Of a stretch of DNA of 62,172 bases, positions 25,420-40,000 are shown one piece after another; the first letter of the stretch is position 1; each line of letters opens with the position of its first letter. Origin of the DNA: Gnetum montanum (taxonomy: Eukaryota > Plantae > Gnetophyta); contig MNCI01000920.1 of the NCBI GenBank assembly GCA_015680685.1, positions 532,443-594,614 of the forward strand, given 5' to 3'. Under the pieces are notes generated by a model. The model was not told where the DNA came from and did not search any database. It saw nothing but the letters and a program-made list of their open reading frames with translations. The translations under genes were made by a program, and so were the position numbers.

Positions 25420-25507
25420 GTCTCTTTGGAGACATCCCATAAATTTGAAACAATATAGAGAATATTAGCATGGCCCCTACACAAGGATGACGTACAAATT
25501 GAGAAAT
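25420..25507 (+). pseudogene. U6: U6 snRNA retrocopy, 3'-truncated
   Basis: gtctctttggagacatcc...atatagagaatattagcatggcccctacacaaggatgacg...gagaaat aligns to plant U6. The ACAGAGA box is mutated, the last ~15 nt are missing, and both flanks carry A-rich ...aacatg repeats. Confidence 0.92.
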
Positions 25508-27509
25508 AAAAGAACAACATGGCATAGCAAATTTATGTATTATTTTAATTAATAATTATATAAAATTAAATATTAGAAATTGAGAAACAAACATAATCAA
25601 TAAAAATAAATGTTAGAAAATAAAATAAAATGCATAATTACAAAGTACAAAATAAAATGCATAATGTTATAAATGTTAGAAGATTATTTCATAATTGAAG
25701 TTATTAGCGTTTGAATTTTATTGATAAAATAATATTTTTAACATTAAAATAATATTATTTTTCTATAAAATGTATAGCACATGCTAAAACAAAAATGGAT
25801 TCTTGCAACATCCCAAACAAGATGATAAAGATGGAATTTTCATAATTATAATATTTTATTATTTATTTATAAAAATAGGTACATAGCTTTAATATCCAAA
25901 ATTTATATATATCTTTTATTTTATAAAAGAATAAAAAATATAAAAAATAATTTTATAAGTTCCAAAGGTTTACCTCTATAGAATTGAGTTACCATCAATC
26001 CTATGTCTCTCTTCTGGCTCATCCTTGGCTACGTAGGGTTCTTTGCATTAAAAATGTAGGGGAAATCAAAAATTCCTCTAGTAAGAAAGCTTTTTTTATT
26101 TTCCTATCCATGGAGTATATAAGGTTTTGGATAAAATTATATGGATATGCGTCAAGAAAATGTTCCAATCAAATATTTTAAAATCCAAAAATGCAACAAG
26201 ATTTTTAACAATCTAATTATTTTATATTAGAATTAGAAATATTTAAAGGATAGATGTTGGTTTATCCTCACTACTAAAACAAAATAACAATGTTGGTATA
26301 ACCTTACTACTAACTACAAATTACCCTAAAGAATCTAAAGCGAGTCCTTAATAGCCATGTCTTGACAATAACCTCATTGCTAACATCTTTAGCATCCATT
26401 AACACACACCTTAGAAGGATAGCTCTTGTCTATACTTCATTGTACACCATTATACTTAACTTCTCAAGGCTAAGATCTTAGCTAAATCCTCATCTACATA
26501 TGAATTTATTAATTAAAATCAAAGGTTAGAAATCTATCGTAACCCTTGTTCCTATGAGATGTATCTCATCAAGTAATACCTCACTCTTGTAAGTAAAGGA
26601 AGGCATTTCAAAGATCCATGATTCTCACTACTAACTAAGAAAAACTTAGTCACAAATAAAATATTTTATATTATTTTTTTATGTTTTTACTTTCTAATTT
26701 TTTTAAAAAATAACAAAAATTCCACAAAATTTTTTACTTTCTAATTTTTTTATATACAAAACAAATCTAAAATGATAAAAAATTTGTAGAATCGTAGCTT
26801 AATGTTAAAAATAATAAAATAATAGAAAAAAGTTGGATTGTATGAAGGAAGTGTACAAAATCCATAATAAAGGAGGGCAAGAAAGAAAAATTAAATAAAC
26901 TTTCCTACAAAACCTTTATAGCCTTTCAAAATCCCCTTCTTTCACTTATTTTCCCTTCTAAATTACCTATAACCTTCTATCTCTTTTCATCAAACCCAAG
27001 TGCTTTAAGTCTTCTAAAAGCAAAACATAAACATAATGAAAGAGTAACGGCCTATTCATAGGGTGGAAGGGTCATATGCAATGTAAATAATGTCTAACGT
27101 ACATGTAAACATGCATAAATCCATCTCTTGCAAATGCATACAGAACATTTTACTAAGAAAGCTATAAATTTGCGTTTGTGTTAAGAAGGGAAGGCTCTTT
27201 ATTTTTGAGTTTTTATTTTTTAAATTTTCTTTAAAAAAAAACATCATAGATTTGATTTTAATGAAACAAGGAACAAATTTGATGTTTTGAACAATCTGGG
27301 CACAATTGTAAAATCAAATTCTAGGTGGAACATCATCCTAAGGTACTTCATTAACAAAACTATTTTAATCAATATTTAGTTTTAATTTATAAAAAAACTT
27401 AGATTTCCAATTTAATGATAAAAAGTTATAGGTGATATTGCATGGATAAGGGTAGATTCCTAAATGCTCCATGAAGATAGTATTGCATAATCATATACAC
27501 ATAATACAA

Positions 27510-27675
27510 CAATGAGATGCTACCCTAGTAGTAAGACTTTTGATTTTAAAGTTATAAGTCATGAGTTCAATTTTGGTGGGTAATCCTAAGTTATAAAGTT
27601 CTAATTGGTCTACATATATTAAGGCATACCTATATTATACTTATTTTTGTATTCCAACACCCTTCTACCATCCCC
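27510..27675 (+). mobile_element. tRNA-headed dispersed repeat (putative SINE), copy 1
   Basis: A-box-like cctagtagtaagac and B-box-like gagttcaatt; homologous to 59716-59890, 60085-60255 and 60405-60548. Confidence 0.6.
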
Positions 27676-27685
27676 ATATACACAT

Positions 27686-27895
27686 AATAATTATTATTAT
27701 CATCATCCTAGCCTTATCCCAAAAAATGGGGTTAGCTACATGAGTTCTTCTTTATCATTCACCTTTATGAAGAGCTAGCCCGATATGGGAAACCTTGTCC
27801 AATTTTCATAATATCCAGGTGATGATGTTGTGCATCATTTCTAAATGATGTCTTACCAAGTCCTTGCCTATTTTCCATGGTAACTAGGTCTAGCA
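27686..27895 (-). mobile_element. RTE-clade LINE 3' end fragment
   Basis: Minus strand ...catgtagctaaccccattttttgggataaggctaggatgatgataataat, typical of the plant RTE/Au 3' terminus with a trinucleotide tail. Confidence 0.75.
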
Positions 27896-29186
27896 TCTAC
27901 AAAATATAAAAGAAAACTCATCCATGAAATTTGGCAAAGTTTTATAGCCAATTGCCAACCTAACATTAACCCTCTTTCTTTTGTATCTAGTCTTGGAATT
28001 CATATGCACATAATGCAAAATAGAATATGCATAATCAAATATTTAAGGGGGATGTTGGACCCAAAAAATTTAATACATTAAAAATGAAAATTTAGAGTAC
28101 AAAAGCAGAGAAGCACTACAAAGAGGAAAAACTCCATAACAACAAAAAAGGCCTAATAATTTTGGGGATGACTTTTCAAGTTTTCATCCTTACAACCAAT
28201 CCTAAAATATCTCTCCTATAGAGTAGGAAAACGATCAGACCTTTCCCTTGTTTGAAAGCATCTAAATGCATATTAAATGCTTCTTATTAATAAAAAGAGA
28301 AAAAAATTAGGAATTTAGTAGAAGTATCAAAAGCGATTTTATTCATTTAAGTAAAGTAATGATGTCATCTTTTTATTGAATTCATAAAATAAAAAATGAT
28401 TTGTTAAAATGCATTTGATAACATTAAATTAAATAATTAAACCTATGTAAAATTTCAAGTTATGATAATAGATGTATCTAATGTTCTTGTAATTTGAACA
28501 CTTCTTCTATATAATGACCTAGAACCAATACTAGCAATTCAAATAATTTATATAAAATTTATTTTAAGATTATTTACCTTTTATTAAGAAACATGTTTTG
28601 TAACATTCTAATAATATATGTTACTCATCTTATCCAACTTGTATAATATATAATCGACATATTCTAAAATCAAGTTACATATATTTTATCTTATTCTTTC
28701 AATTTGAATGTAATGTGTTCTCATTCTTACTCTACTAGTTAACATTTACATGGATAGATAAAGAGTTACATGTAAATATTTAATTTGATTATATACGCCA
28801 CCTTTAAATTTTTTCTAGTAAAATTAAAACTTCATTTGATTTTTTGCTTTATTTTTTCATCTCTCCAAACCCTTCTCCTTAATAATTTTTCAAGCCTAAT
28901 TTGAGTTCATTACTACATCTAAATTTTCCATATCCTATTTTTGTAACCATAGTTTTCCTACATAATACCATCCTTGTTACTAAGCTTTTCAAATGATTTT
29001 TCCTAATATCTTATTACTATGTTTTTTATTCAAAAAGAATGTTAAGGATCTGTGTCAGCTTCTAATGAAAACATATTAATTTCTAATAAAAGTCTAGCAT
29101 ATCAAACTTTAGTTTTGATATTGAATTTATATAATAAAAAATATTGTGTTTATTGTTCAAATTGAATGTTAAGAATTGATATGTTA

Positions 29187-30865
29187 TGTCACATCCCAAA
29201 ACTTGACTTAATCTCTTTGATTAATTTTTTTATTTTCTTCCTTAGAGTCCATTATTATCTCTTTTCTAATTACTTCTATTACCATACTTTCTTAATTATC
29301 TTGGATTTTAAATGTAAAAAAACACCCCAAGTATCAAGGTCCTCCAATCATTACATCAATTACAAAATAAAGAAAGGGATTTGAGGATATCATTATGTGT
29401 AAAATTATACTTGACCCTTATAGACTATGGGTTCAAGGATTAAAACATTAGAAGAAATCTCTAGTAGTAGAATCCTTAATCTTCAACCAATGTATTTATA
29501 TCCATATTAACCTTCTCCATCTAACACTTGTAGTAACATCATTTGTGATGAGCAGTGAGGTACCCCTACACCAAACCATAAGAATCACAAAGCATTCACA
29601 CGTGATCTAGTCAAATTCCATGGACTTTATAGTCTAGGAAGTAAAGCTTGCCTTAAGGTCATTTGTTGTCTTCCCAATTACACTTGTGAAGTACAAAGGT
29701 ATGGTTAAGTGAAATTGAGGCATATGATTTTTATCATTTTATGTTTTATGTTTTTGGGTGCTTGAAGAGAGAGAAATAGAGTAATTTAATGACTAATCTA
29801 AATTAACTAACTAACTGGTCTCTAACTAATCCCAACATAAGCATCCATTCCTACTTTCCATACACATCTTGAACCCACGTATATACTACTGAGTTATGAA
29901 GCACTACGCTATTAAGCATACCAAGTAATAACAATGCTAGGATTGCCAAGTGAATACATGCTATGTTCAAAGTGGTCATACTTATGTATTTAATCTATTT
30001 AGCTTATCTCACATAATTACCTTAATCAACTTAATTACTAGGAAAATATTGAATAAATAACTGAAAATATTAAATGCATAAATGAAACACTTAAACTATC
30101 TAGAATGATACAAGACTTATCAACAAGTTCATCTTTATTGCTACACACACTATCATGCTTAGGTATAACAATGCTTGAATAAAGATCTATACACTCAATG
30201 ACTCCTACTATGAGTACTTAAGAAAATATTCTAGCTTTTGACTAAACAAACTACAAGAGCTCTACTACTCTTACGAAATTTGATGCCATAAATTTGGTTG
30301 GTGAGCACATATTTATAGGCCAAGATAAACCCTTGCATCGATAGGGCCACGTCAATGTAATAAACTACATCGACAGGGCCTCGTTGATAGGGCCTAGTCG
30401 ATGGGGCCCAATCAACACAACAAACCACATTTCATCAATTTTCATGCATCATTATGTAGGAAGAGTCATATATCTCCAAGTAATTGGATCCCTCCTATTG
30501 TCCCTTGGAGTCATGACTAATGTGGACAATTACATAGTGATATCAAATTGTTAGATCGCATAACTAATAAACTATCAAAGAACAAACTTACTAGTCAACT
30601 CTCTCAAAAATATATTCTAATGTTAAGTTGATCATAGGTTTACTATCCATGAAAGGAGGAAACTAAGACTCCCAAAGACTACTATCCCAACCTAGCCACA
30701 ATAGATAATATAAAATTCCTAGCCTACCTACAACCTCTTCATCATCAAACATCCTAATACATCATTGGTCTCTAATAGCAATATTAAGTAATTATACTAC
30801 TAAGTACCCTCAATATGCTTACAACATCTTGTGGCCAAAGCAAGAAGATCACCAAAGCTTAGATT
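29187..30865. repeat. LTR-like repeat beginning tgtcacatcc, interrupted by a solo LTR
   Basis: 29187-29545 plus 30438-30865 is colinear with 58450-59180. Confidence 0.75.
29546..30437. mobile_element. Solo LTR (892 bp) with 5-bp TSD
   Basis: Termini TGATGA...TCATCA; TSD atttg/atttt; absent from the paralogue near 58760; related to 61861-62172. Confidence 0.85.
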
Positions 30866-30944
30866 TCATGATAGAGGGCACCACAATCACCTTTACTACT
30901 CCTTCTAATTAGATAATATATTTATAAAACCATTTTGTCTACTA

Positions 30945-31270
30945 GCTATGATATCATATATAGGATATCATAGCTCTGCATACGTCATCATAGATGCCAT
31001 GTAGTGGGCCATGGTCATGCCTATAAATACCAACCCACCATCACATCCAAACAACAACTTTTAGCTAATAGTTAGTGGAATTCTTGTAGTTTGTTTTTGT
31101 AACTTAGAGTTAGAGTTAGAGTGAATACCTACAATGTAGTAAACAATAGTTGTATGGATTCTTTATTTGATTGAATTATTTCTAGATGTAATTTATAAAC
31201 AAAAATAAAAATCAAGATTTTTTTTCATCATTATACCATCTCAGTTAGATTAATTTTTACTTTTCATCAT
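30945..31270 (+). repeat. LTR fragment with TATA box
   Basis: Homologous to 56780-57100 (gccatggtcatgcctataaataccaacccacc). Confidence 0.7.
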
Positions 31271-34200
31271 GGCTCAAATGTGGTATTAAAACTTGCCAAG
31301 TAATAGCATCACAAGTTGGAATGATATGAAAAGTCTTTTCTTGGCTTAGTTTGGCAATCAATTGGATCAACAAACTATACAGTGGGTTAGTACAAGCTAA
31401 GCAAGGAGTTAAAGAGTCAATTAGAGATTTCAACATTAAGTTTCAAAAACTTTGTGGACTCCTTAAAACACAATATAGACCATTTGATGAAATGCTTAAA
31501 GACACCTATCTTAAATTTGTAAATCCCAATATTTCAATTTGGTTAAGAAGAACTCCAAACTTGGTAACATTAAATGACTACTTTAGTGAAGCTATACATT
31601 GAGAAAACTAGTTGAACTTGAATCATGAAGAAAATAGCACAACTCAAGAAAGAGAAGAGAAAATGATGATTTAGGTGCAAGATTTTGCTCAACTTAAAGA
31701 ATTACTAGAACCATCTCATATTCAGGTAGAGTAAAAATTAAAAAGCAAAGAATCTAAAAAAGAATAATTAATGAGAGACTTGTCCAACAAGGTAGTGAAA
31801 TTAGAAAAATCTTTGGAAAAAGTTAAAATCAAGGAGAAAAAGAAAAATATAAAGTTTAAGCATCAAGAAACTAAGTTAGTAGAAGATGAGGATGAGTTAG
31901 TAGAAGGATGAGAATGATCTTGTTATGTCTAAATTCCTTGATATTGAATTAGATAATGAGCTATCTAGTGTTCATTATACAAATAAATCTTCTAACAATG
32001 GATCTAGTGATACCTCTTCTCTATCATGTTTTGAAGAGGATATATCCTTAGATGAAGAGTGTAATAACAATTAGGAAAATGGATATAATCTATGATCAAA
32101 AGAAATATTAACTACTTCCAAGCCTCCAAACATTATTTCTTATCCATCTACTAACAAAAAGGTTTTTGAATCAAGTATAAGAGAAGAGAATAAAAGTAAA
32201 GAAGATCAAGTAGAACAAAGTACTCAAAATCAATCTTTTAATAAATGGATGAAGAAGCCAGGTTTTTGTGGAGATGGAGAATATGACTTGATTAAATATC
32301 TTAAACATGTTAGGGTCAATATCAAAATATATCAATTATTACATATCAAAGATTAGCAAAGAAAATATTTAGAGGTTATTAAAGGTAAAAAGAGAGTTGG
32401 AGAATTAGAATTAAGTTATGTATCTAACATTGATAAGACAATAAAAGATAGCTATGATTATACTTCTGATAAGGAAACTCCTCCTTTTCTTTTAACAATG
32501 AAGTTAAAGATAAAGCATCTTCATAATTTTTTAGTCGACTCTGGAGCTACATCCACTATCATGCCATTATCTATATGTAAAAAACTTGGTTTGATTCTAA
32601 AAAAATCAAATAAAAACATTGTTCAAGTGGATAAAATTAGAGTGAAGATTATGAGTTAACTATCAAATTTTCTATTAGAAATTGCTTCTAAACCTTGTAT
32701 CAAAAGTAGAGTAACTATTCAAATGGCAGATATACCAAATTCACATAGTTTTTTGTTGAGTAGAAGTTGCAGTAAGAATTTCTCAGTTTACATATCAATG
32801 GATTACTCACATATGTGGCTACCTTAGAAAGGAGAGCTGAATCAAATATACATTTATAGTGAGCTTCTAATGAATGAAAACATTACTTCAAATGGAAAGA
32901 ACAAAGTTATTTAAACAAAAGCTTTTAAAACTAGAATTTGCACACTTTAAGAAGTTGATAACTTGGAAAAAGAAAATTTTAAGGAAGAGAGCAAATGGAA
33001 ATTATACTTTGATAGTTTTTGTAATTCCTAGGATGCCAGAGCTGGAGTAGTTCTAGTAAAAGATGATTTCCCAAAAATATTCAAAGCAATTCATCTATGT
33101 TTCCCTTGTACTAACAACAAGGCTAAATATGAAGCTCTGAGTATTGGAATTAAAATAGCATTGGAAAAGAAATCAAGGTAATCACCATTAAGGAAGACTC
33201 AAGATTAGTTTGTGAACAAATTAAATGTAATTCTGTAATAAAAAGCTCATTCTTGTGACCTTATAAACATCTTGTCTATAAAATGTTGGATTAGTTTCAT
33301 CACTACTAAATAGAAAATATAGGTAGGAAGGATAACTATATAGCGAATGATTTAGCAAAAGAAAATTCATCATTAGATGTGAAAAGAATAGAAGGCTAGG
33401 AAGGTGTGATAGTTGAAAAAGAACATCAACCTTAGTACCAAATAACAAAAAGCATTTACAAGTATTCAAAGATGATGACCAATAACTTAGGTTCTTAAGG
33501 AATAAACAAGAATTTGAAGGTCAAATCATACCTAAAATAGCCTCAAGGTTTGAGAAAAATATCATGCCTACAAAGGTGATTGATTATGAGCATGAATTTA
33601 GCAAAGATTTGATTTTTGGAAAAGATATACAAAATCTAGATAATCAAGCTTATGAAGCAATGAATTTTGGATATACTGAGATACCAAAGATGTTAAATGT
33701 AATGAAAGAAAAGGATTATATTTTCAATTAAAATTTATTATTACTTTTAAAAAATAGTTTGCAAAATTTTTCTTGGTCTTATGATGATCTTCAAGTTTTT
33801 CAACCAAAGGTGATGACACATAAAATTCATTTGATAGAAGGTTGTAAAATAGTTAAATAAAAATAAAGGAAATTTAATGCATCATTTGAGCTAGCTATGA
33901 AAGCTAAGATCAAGAAGTTATTACCAGCTCAAATCATATATCTGGTCTAATATTTGACATGGCTTACTAGCCTTGTACTAATAAGAAAGAAGAATGATGA
34001 TATTAGGCTTTGTGTAAATTTTAGAAATTTTAATGAAGCCTAAGAAAAAGATAAATACCCCCTTCCTAGAATTGCTAAAATGTTGACCAAAGTATTAGGT
34101 TGTAAGTATATTCTTTTCTTAATGGTTTTCAAACTATAATCAGATCATGATAGATAAGGATGATAGATATAAAATATCATTTATCACCAAGTCAGGAATT

Positions 34201-36270
34201 TTCATTTACCAAAGATTTCCATTTGGATTGTCAAATGCTAGAGCTAATTTTCAAAGAGAAATTGATTTATCCTTTAAAGGTTTAATAGGAAAGTTTGTTT
34301 TGGTTTATTTGGATGATATCACTATCTTTTCAAAAAAGAAGGAAGATCATATTGGTCATCTTCAACAAGTTTTTGATAGATGTTGTGAGTATGGTATTTC
34401 ATTAAATCTTAAGAAATGTATCATTGGGGTTAAATATAGAATTTTAGTAGGCCATGTAATCTATCAAGAAGGAATTTCTATAGATAACTCCTAAATTCAA
34501 GTAGTGCAAAATATCGAACATTCTACAAGTAAAAAGTCTCTTAGATCTTTCTTTGGGAAGATAAATTTTGTTAAGAAATTTATTCCTAGATTCACTAAAA
34601 TTACTAAACCTTTAATGCATGTGCTAAAGAAATGTGTCCTAGTAGAGAAGACACCAAAATTAAAGAGAGCCTTAGCAGAAATTAAAAAAGCTATTCAAGA
34701 AGCTCTAGACTTGGTAAAACCAAAATTGAAAGAAGACTTTTAGTTACATGCTTTTGATTCAAATGATTCAGATGCTATCATTTTAACTCAAAGAGATAAA
34801 TATCAAGATGAATTGATTGAAATTTTTGGATATCATTTGAAAGGTTTAGAAATGAATTATTCAGGTTTAGTGAAATAGGCATCTACAATCATTAAAGTAG
34901 TCTAGCATTTCAAATATTATTTGGAAAGCTCATTGTTCCATATTATGCTGATTGAGCCTGTAGTCAAACAATTCTTAACCTAAAATGAAATTGGATTGAA
35001 AAGTGGAAAGCGGATCATAAAACTTCAAGGTTTCATTTTTTTCATTGGAAATCTACAAAACTATTAAAGAAATGGAATTATCCAAGTTAATGGCTAGAGA
35101 AAATGAACTATTTATGCTTCAAACTCATGAGGGAAATAGGTATGATGAAATTCTAGAATTCCTTGATACATAAAAGGTTCCAAGTAATTTTAATGCAAGT
35201 CATAATAGAGTTTTCTTCATAAAAAGAAAATAAATTTGTGGTTAAAGATGGACTTTTATACAAAAAGGAATTCACAGGGGTTTTGTTGGAATGTGTTCGC
35301 AATGATCAAGTTGATCCTATCTTAGAACAATTTCATGATCATTCTAATTTATTTTATAAATCTCCTAAGTCCACCATGCAACATATACTTCAGTATGATT
35401 TTTATTGCTTTAGTATGTATCAAGATATTATTTCAAGGGTTCAAAGATGTTAGAAATTTCAAATTCATGGACTAAAGATCAAAAAGGCTAGAGCTTCTTT
35501 AAAACTAGTAAATGCAAATAGACCATTTTAGCAATGGGGGTTAGATTTTATTAGCACAATTACTCTTTCAAGAGTAGGACCTAAGTTTATTCTCACAACT
35601 ACTAATTATTTTACCAAATAGTCTAAAGCAAAGGCTATATGAAAAATTTTATCATCAAACATTATTAAGTTCTTAGAAGATTAGATTCTAAGTCATTTTG
35701 GCCTACCCAAACTATTGGTATCTGATAATGGATCATCTTTTCAATTTGAAGAGTTTATAACATGGGCATCAGAAAAATTAATCTTTCTATTTTCTTCTTC
35801 AAATTATTATCCTCAAGGAAATAACTTAGTTGAATCTACAAATAAAAATTTTATTTCCTACATTAAGAAGTTGATGGATGGGAATCCAAGAAATTGAATT
35901 GATTTCTTACAATCTACATTATGAACTAATCATATTAGATTTAAGAAGGCTATTGGAACATCAACTTATAACTTAGTCTATGATTTTCTTGCTAGAATTA
36001 CAAATAAGATTATAAGTTCAACCTCAAATTTTGTGCAAAAATATAGTTAGAAAATCAATAAAAGTAGAAGTTTCATGACTTTGCTCATCAAAAGAGAAGC
36101 AGAATTGGATAGAGCTAAAGATAATTTACTAAAAATGCTTCTCAAATTAAAATATGGTTCGATAGAAAGGCCCTAAAAATAACTTTAAAGTTGGTGATCT
36201 TGTATTATTATGGATTATGAAGAAGTCAAATAAATATTTGACAATATGGATTGGTCCATTTCAGATTAAG
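31270..36270 (+). mobile_element. Decayed Ty3/gypsy TatII-type internal region: gag - PROT - aRH - RT - RH - INT
   Basis: gag WY*NLPSNSITSW (31280); PROT FLVDSGATS (about 32530); aRH WKLYFD...CTNNKAKYEAL (about 32995-33360) before RT PFGLSNA...YLDD (33900-34494); INT WGLDFI, VSDNG, YYPQGN, WIGPF. Ends near the N at 36281. Confidence 0.9.
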
Positions 36271-37039
36271 AGACAATAATNATAAGCCTATATAATACAA
36301 TAAAAATATGTATATGTTAAAGTACTAGTTTAAAAAAATATTTCATTTAAAGTGTTAGTTAAATTATTAAATTTATATTATCTCAAGTAATCATTACTTA
36401 TTATATATGTAAGTCGGAGTAATGGTTATATAACTACATAATGGTGAATTAATTTTAACAACCAAATAGTGGAATTTTAATTAGCCAAGCATATGATTAT
36501 GGAAATTAAATAAATTTTGGCTAAGTGGCAAAGTTGGTTAGTAGATTTGCTGGGAATTTCAAATTTACCTTACACTCTATAAGGAATTCAGCCGAGGGTG
36601 AGAGCATACACTAATTCATGGAATTTTTTTTTAAGAAAACCCATCCTTAGGAAAAATAAGGTACAGAACTCTTGTTCTTCGTCCAGAAGGCATGAAAATT
36701 TTGGTTTTTAAATCTTGTTCTTCATCTAGAAGTCATGAATTTTTTTACTCAAAAAACTTCTTACTTGTAATCTTATAAGATTCTATCGGCCAATTTATAG
36801 ATATATATTATAAATATATATAACTAAGCTATTGATCACCAATCGTCTTCTGCTGTAGCGATGATTTAAACATAATAGATAGAAATATTATAAGACCATG
36901 GAATGCTTTATTGAATGATCATAAACATGTTGTAATACAGCAGAAATGATCAATGTACAAACTTCCGTAATTGAAAATGTATAGTTACAAATGATCTGAT
37001 ATTCAAATTGGTAAAATTAGTTGAAAAAAAAGAATGAGA

Positions 37040-40000
37040 TCATTCTTCATTAGATTTAATATGTTGCTCTTCATCCAATCTACTCTGAAGGTGCGAAGCC
37101 TTAAATATCTTGATATATCTTTCTTTGGAGATCAGAGGGAATATCTTCAAACAATCAATACTCCTCACTTGAGATAGTGCCAGAAATGTAAGACCTGTTA
37201 TTTCTCTGCTACCAACATCTATACATGCTTTCTTCAATGTCATTCCCTATGACTTATGTATCGTTAAAGCCCATGCTAATCTAAGTGGTAGTTGGCGAGA
37301 TCCTCCACATATGATTGATGGAATGGGTACTTGTCGAGGATGTTCATTATCATATGGTACTCCAATATAGGAGTCAAACTCAACGATGACATACGATGGC
37401 AACTGTGGAGGTTGACAGTGTGGACTATATATTATTTTCTTAATAATTCCACATGCACCACTAACCAATCCTGCTTCTGGCCATAGATTAATAGTGAGCA
37501 CAACCCTTGCATCCTCACAAATGAACACTACTCGGTGCAATTCTCCTTCTGAATCATCCCAAAATTTCACACCATTTGTCCTTCTATCTACTATGCACCG
37601 TGCAACTGGCTTCTTCATTTTTAGCAATATTTTTTCATTATGCATATGCACTTTATCCTTTGTATCAAACAAATGCACAAAATCCTCAAATCCATCTCAC
37701 CCATCCAATGTTGATGGAAGTTGCATTCTTAGGCTCAAAAATTCATAATCCTCATCACTTATCTTTCCTTCTCATATATTCATTAAAACTTCTTTAAATC
37801 TTTTTTGTTGCAAATCATCACCCCTTTGTCGATACACAGCATCCAAGGTTACAAATTTATTGAATGCCAACCACAAATTCTTCACATGCATCTGAGATGA
37901 TAAGTATGGTATAAAATCTTTAACAGGTGGAAGCTGTGCAAGATCTCCAATGAGTATCATAGATCTACCACCAAAGTTATCCAAACGATTATCTAGAAAT
38001 ATTTCCTTAAGCCTTCAATCAATGCTACTAAGCAATTTGTCACCTATGAAACTCATTTCATCTATAATAATATACTTTAATTATTTGTATTTATTTCACA
38101 ACGATGATAAAGTTGATGCAACCAATAGTTTGTAATCTCTGATTCCAATCTTCAACGCAGAATGTACTGTACTTGCATTAATATTATATGCTGCAGCACT
38201 AGTAGGGGTGAGCATCAATAAGCTATTCTTTCCAAATGAGCAAGTTCAACTAAATTCTTTATGAATCATATCAATGACATACGATTTTCCTGTGCCTACT
38301 GTACCTTGAATAATCATCAATAGAGGAGAAACTTCATCCATTTCAAATTGTTGCATATATAGATGGCCAGTGATAATCTTGTAGCATTTCTTCTGTTGAA
38401 CTCCTAGAGAAGATATGTCCACCTGATTATTGTTATTTCCTGAATGTGTTATTATCCCATGTGATCTATGACCATGAACAAAAGATGTAGTAATCTTTGC
38501 AACATCTTCTCCTGGATAGTTGGCTGACCATTCATTCTATCTATCTCGACCTCTTAATCCAAGCATTTCAAGTTCACTTCATTGAAAATGAGTTGATGTA
38601 AGTAGATGTCGATTTAGTACTTCAAAATCATATTCAACACCATCCTATCTTTTTGGAATAATATTTATATACTGCCTCTCTTCCTCGCAAGCATGTTCAA
38701 ACTCTTCATTGAATGTCTCCTCTTCCAATTCATAGATGTGTCGAACCAAAATCCATTTTCGTTCAATTTCTTCGTCATTTCTTTCCAGATCATGTTTGAC
38801 ATCTCTAAAAGGATAGTGTAGTAATAGCTGTGCCCAATAGTAATCTATCCATTTCTCCTCTCCTTCTCTTGGAGCTACTCTAAATTTTAGAAATGTTCTT
38901 ACAACAACTGGTCGTAGTCGAGGCTTCCACACTGGTAGTTCTCTCTTCTTTGAGATAAAGGTAAAATATTTTGTAGCATTCAACAATGAAACTCCTTCCA
39001 TTTCTAGTGGTCTCTTTTGATATGCATTGATAAGGGTTGTATATGGTTCTGGTTCCTCATCTCCATCTACATCTGGTGTAACTCTTTTATACATATCTCT
39101 AGACACATTTATAGTATCAAATAGTCGACTACATTCCACTATTGGAAGTTTATATAGCATATGACAAACCTCCATGGCACCTATGTCTCTATCAGCTGCA
39201 GCATCCATCATGAGTTTTTTGTATGTAGTCAATGCATTTTCTTCATGGTTTCAAGATTCGGCAATACGAAGTAATAAATCATGAAAGCATCTTGACTTCT
39301 TTTCAGATTTTGCTGCATATTTTGCAATATATTTAATAACAACATATTTTTCAAGGATCGGTTGAAAGTTTGTGTTTGCTCTCCACGTTTGAAGGATCAT
39401 TCTATTATAAACATTCAACCTTGGATCATTTTGATATGGTTCATACGTAACATGATTTTTGTTTTTTGGATCTTGAAAGAGATCTAATTGAGCTCACATT
39501 GGCCATGGAACATTATACCTAAGGTAATAAATTAAAGTTATAAAATTATTTTCCTAGATCCCATACATTCATGATGCAAATAAGAATCTAGGTATTCAGA
39601 GAAATATAATTGTACCTACAAACTTACATATGATTTCGGATTCTTAAACATGCTCCTCTCTTACATTGTGTGTGTCGCTGAACTGAATTTAAGAGCTCAT
39701 CATAATCAATGTCAAGATCCATGAATTGTAGCTGTTGACTTTGAATTTCGCATGGATGCCTAGGATTATTAACACGTTGCATCTACAAATGAAAGATTTG
39801 TATAATNNNNNNNNNNNNNNNNNNNNNNNNNNNNNNNNNNNNNNNNNNNNNNNNNNNNNNNNNNNNNNNNNNNNCAAAGAAAGCCATGGACATGTGGTGA
39901 TCCCCTATGTTGCCATTCATATCTTGTCCAGTAATCAACCATATCAAATTCTTGAAATAAAATCATTTCTCGAAATGCCTTATGTCGAAGATGCATAAAC

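Noticed and set aside
36270-36290. Helitron insertion truncating the TatII element
   Set aside because: An N at 36281 marks a possible contig join, so the adjacency is unreliable.
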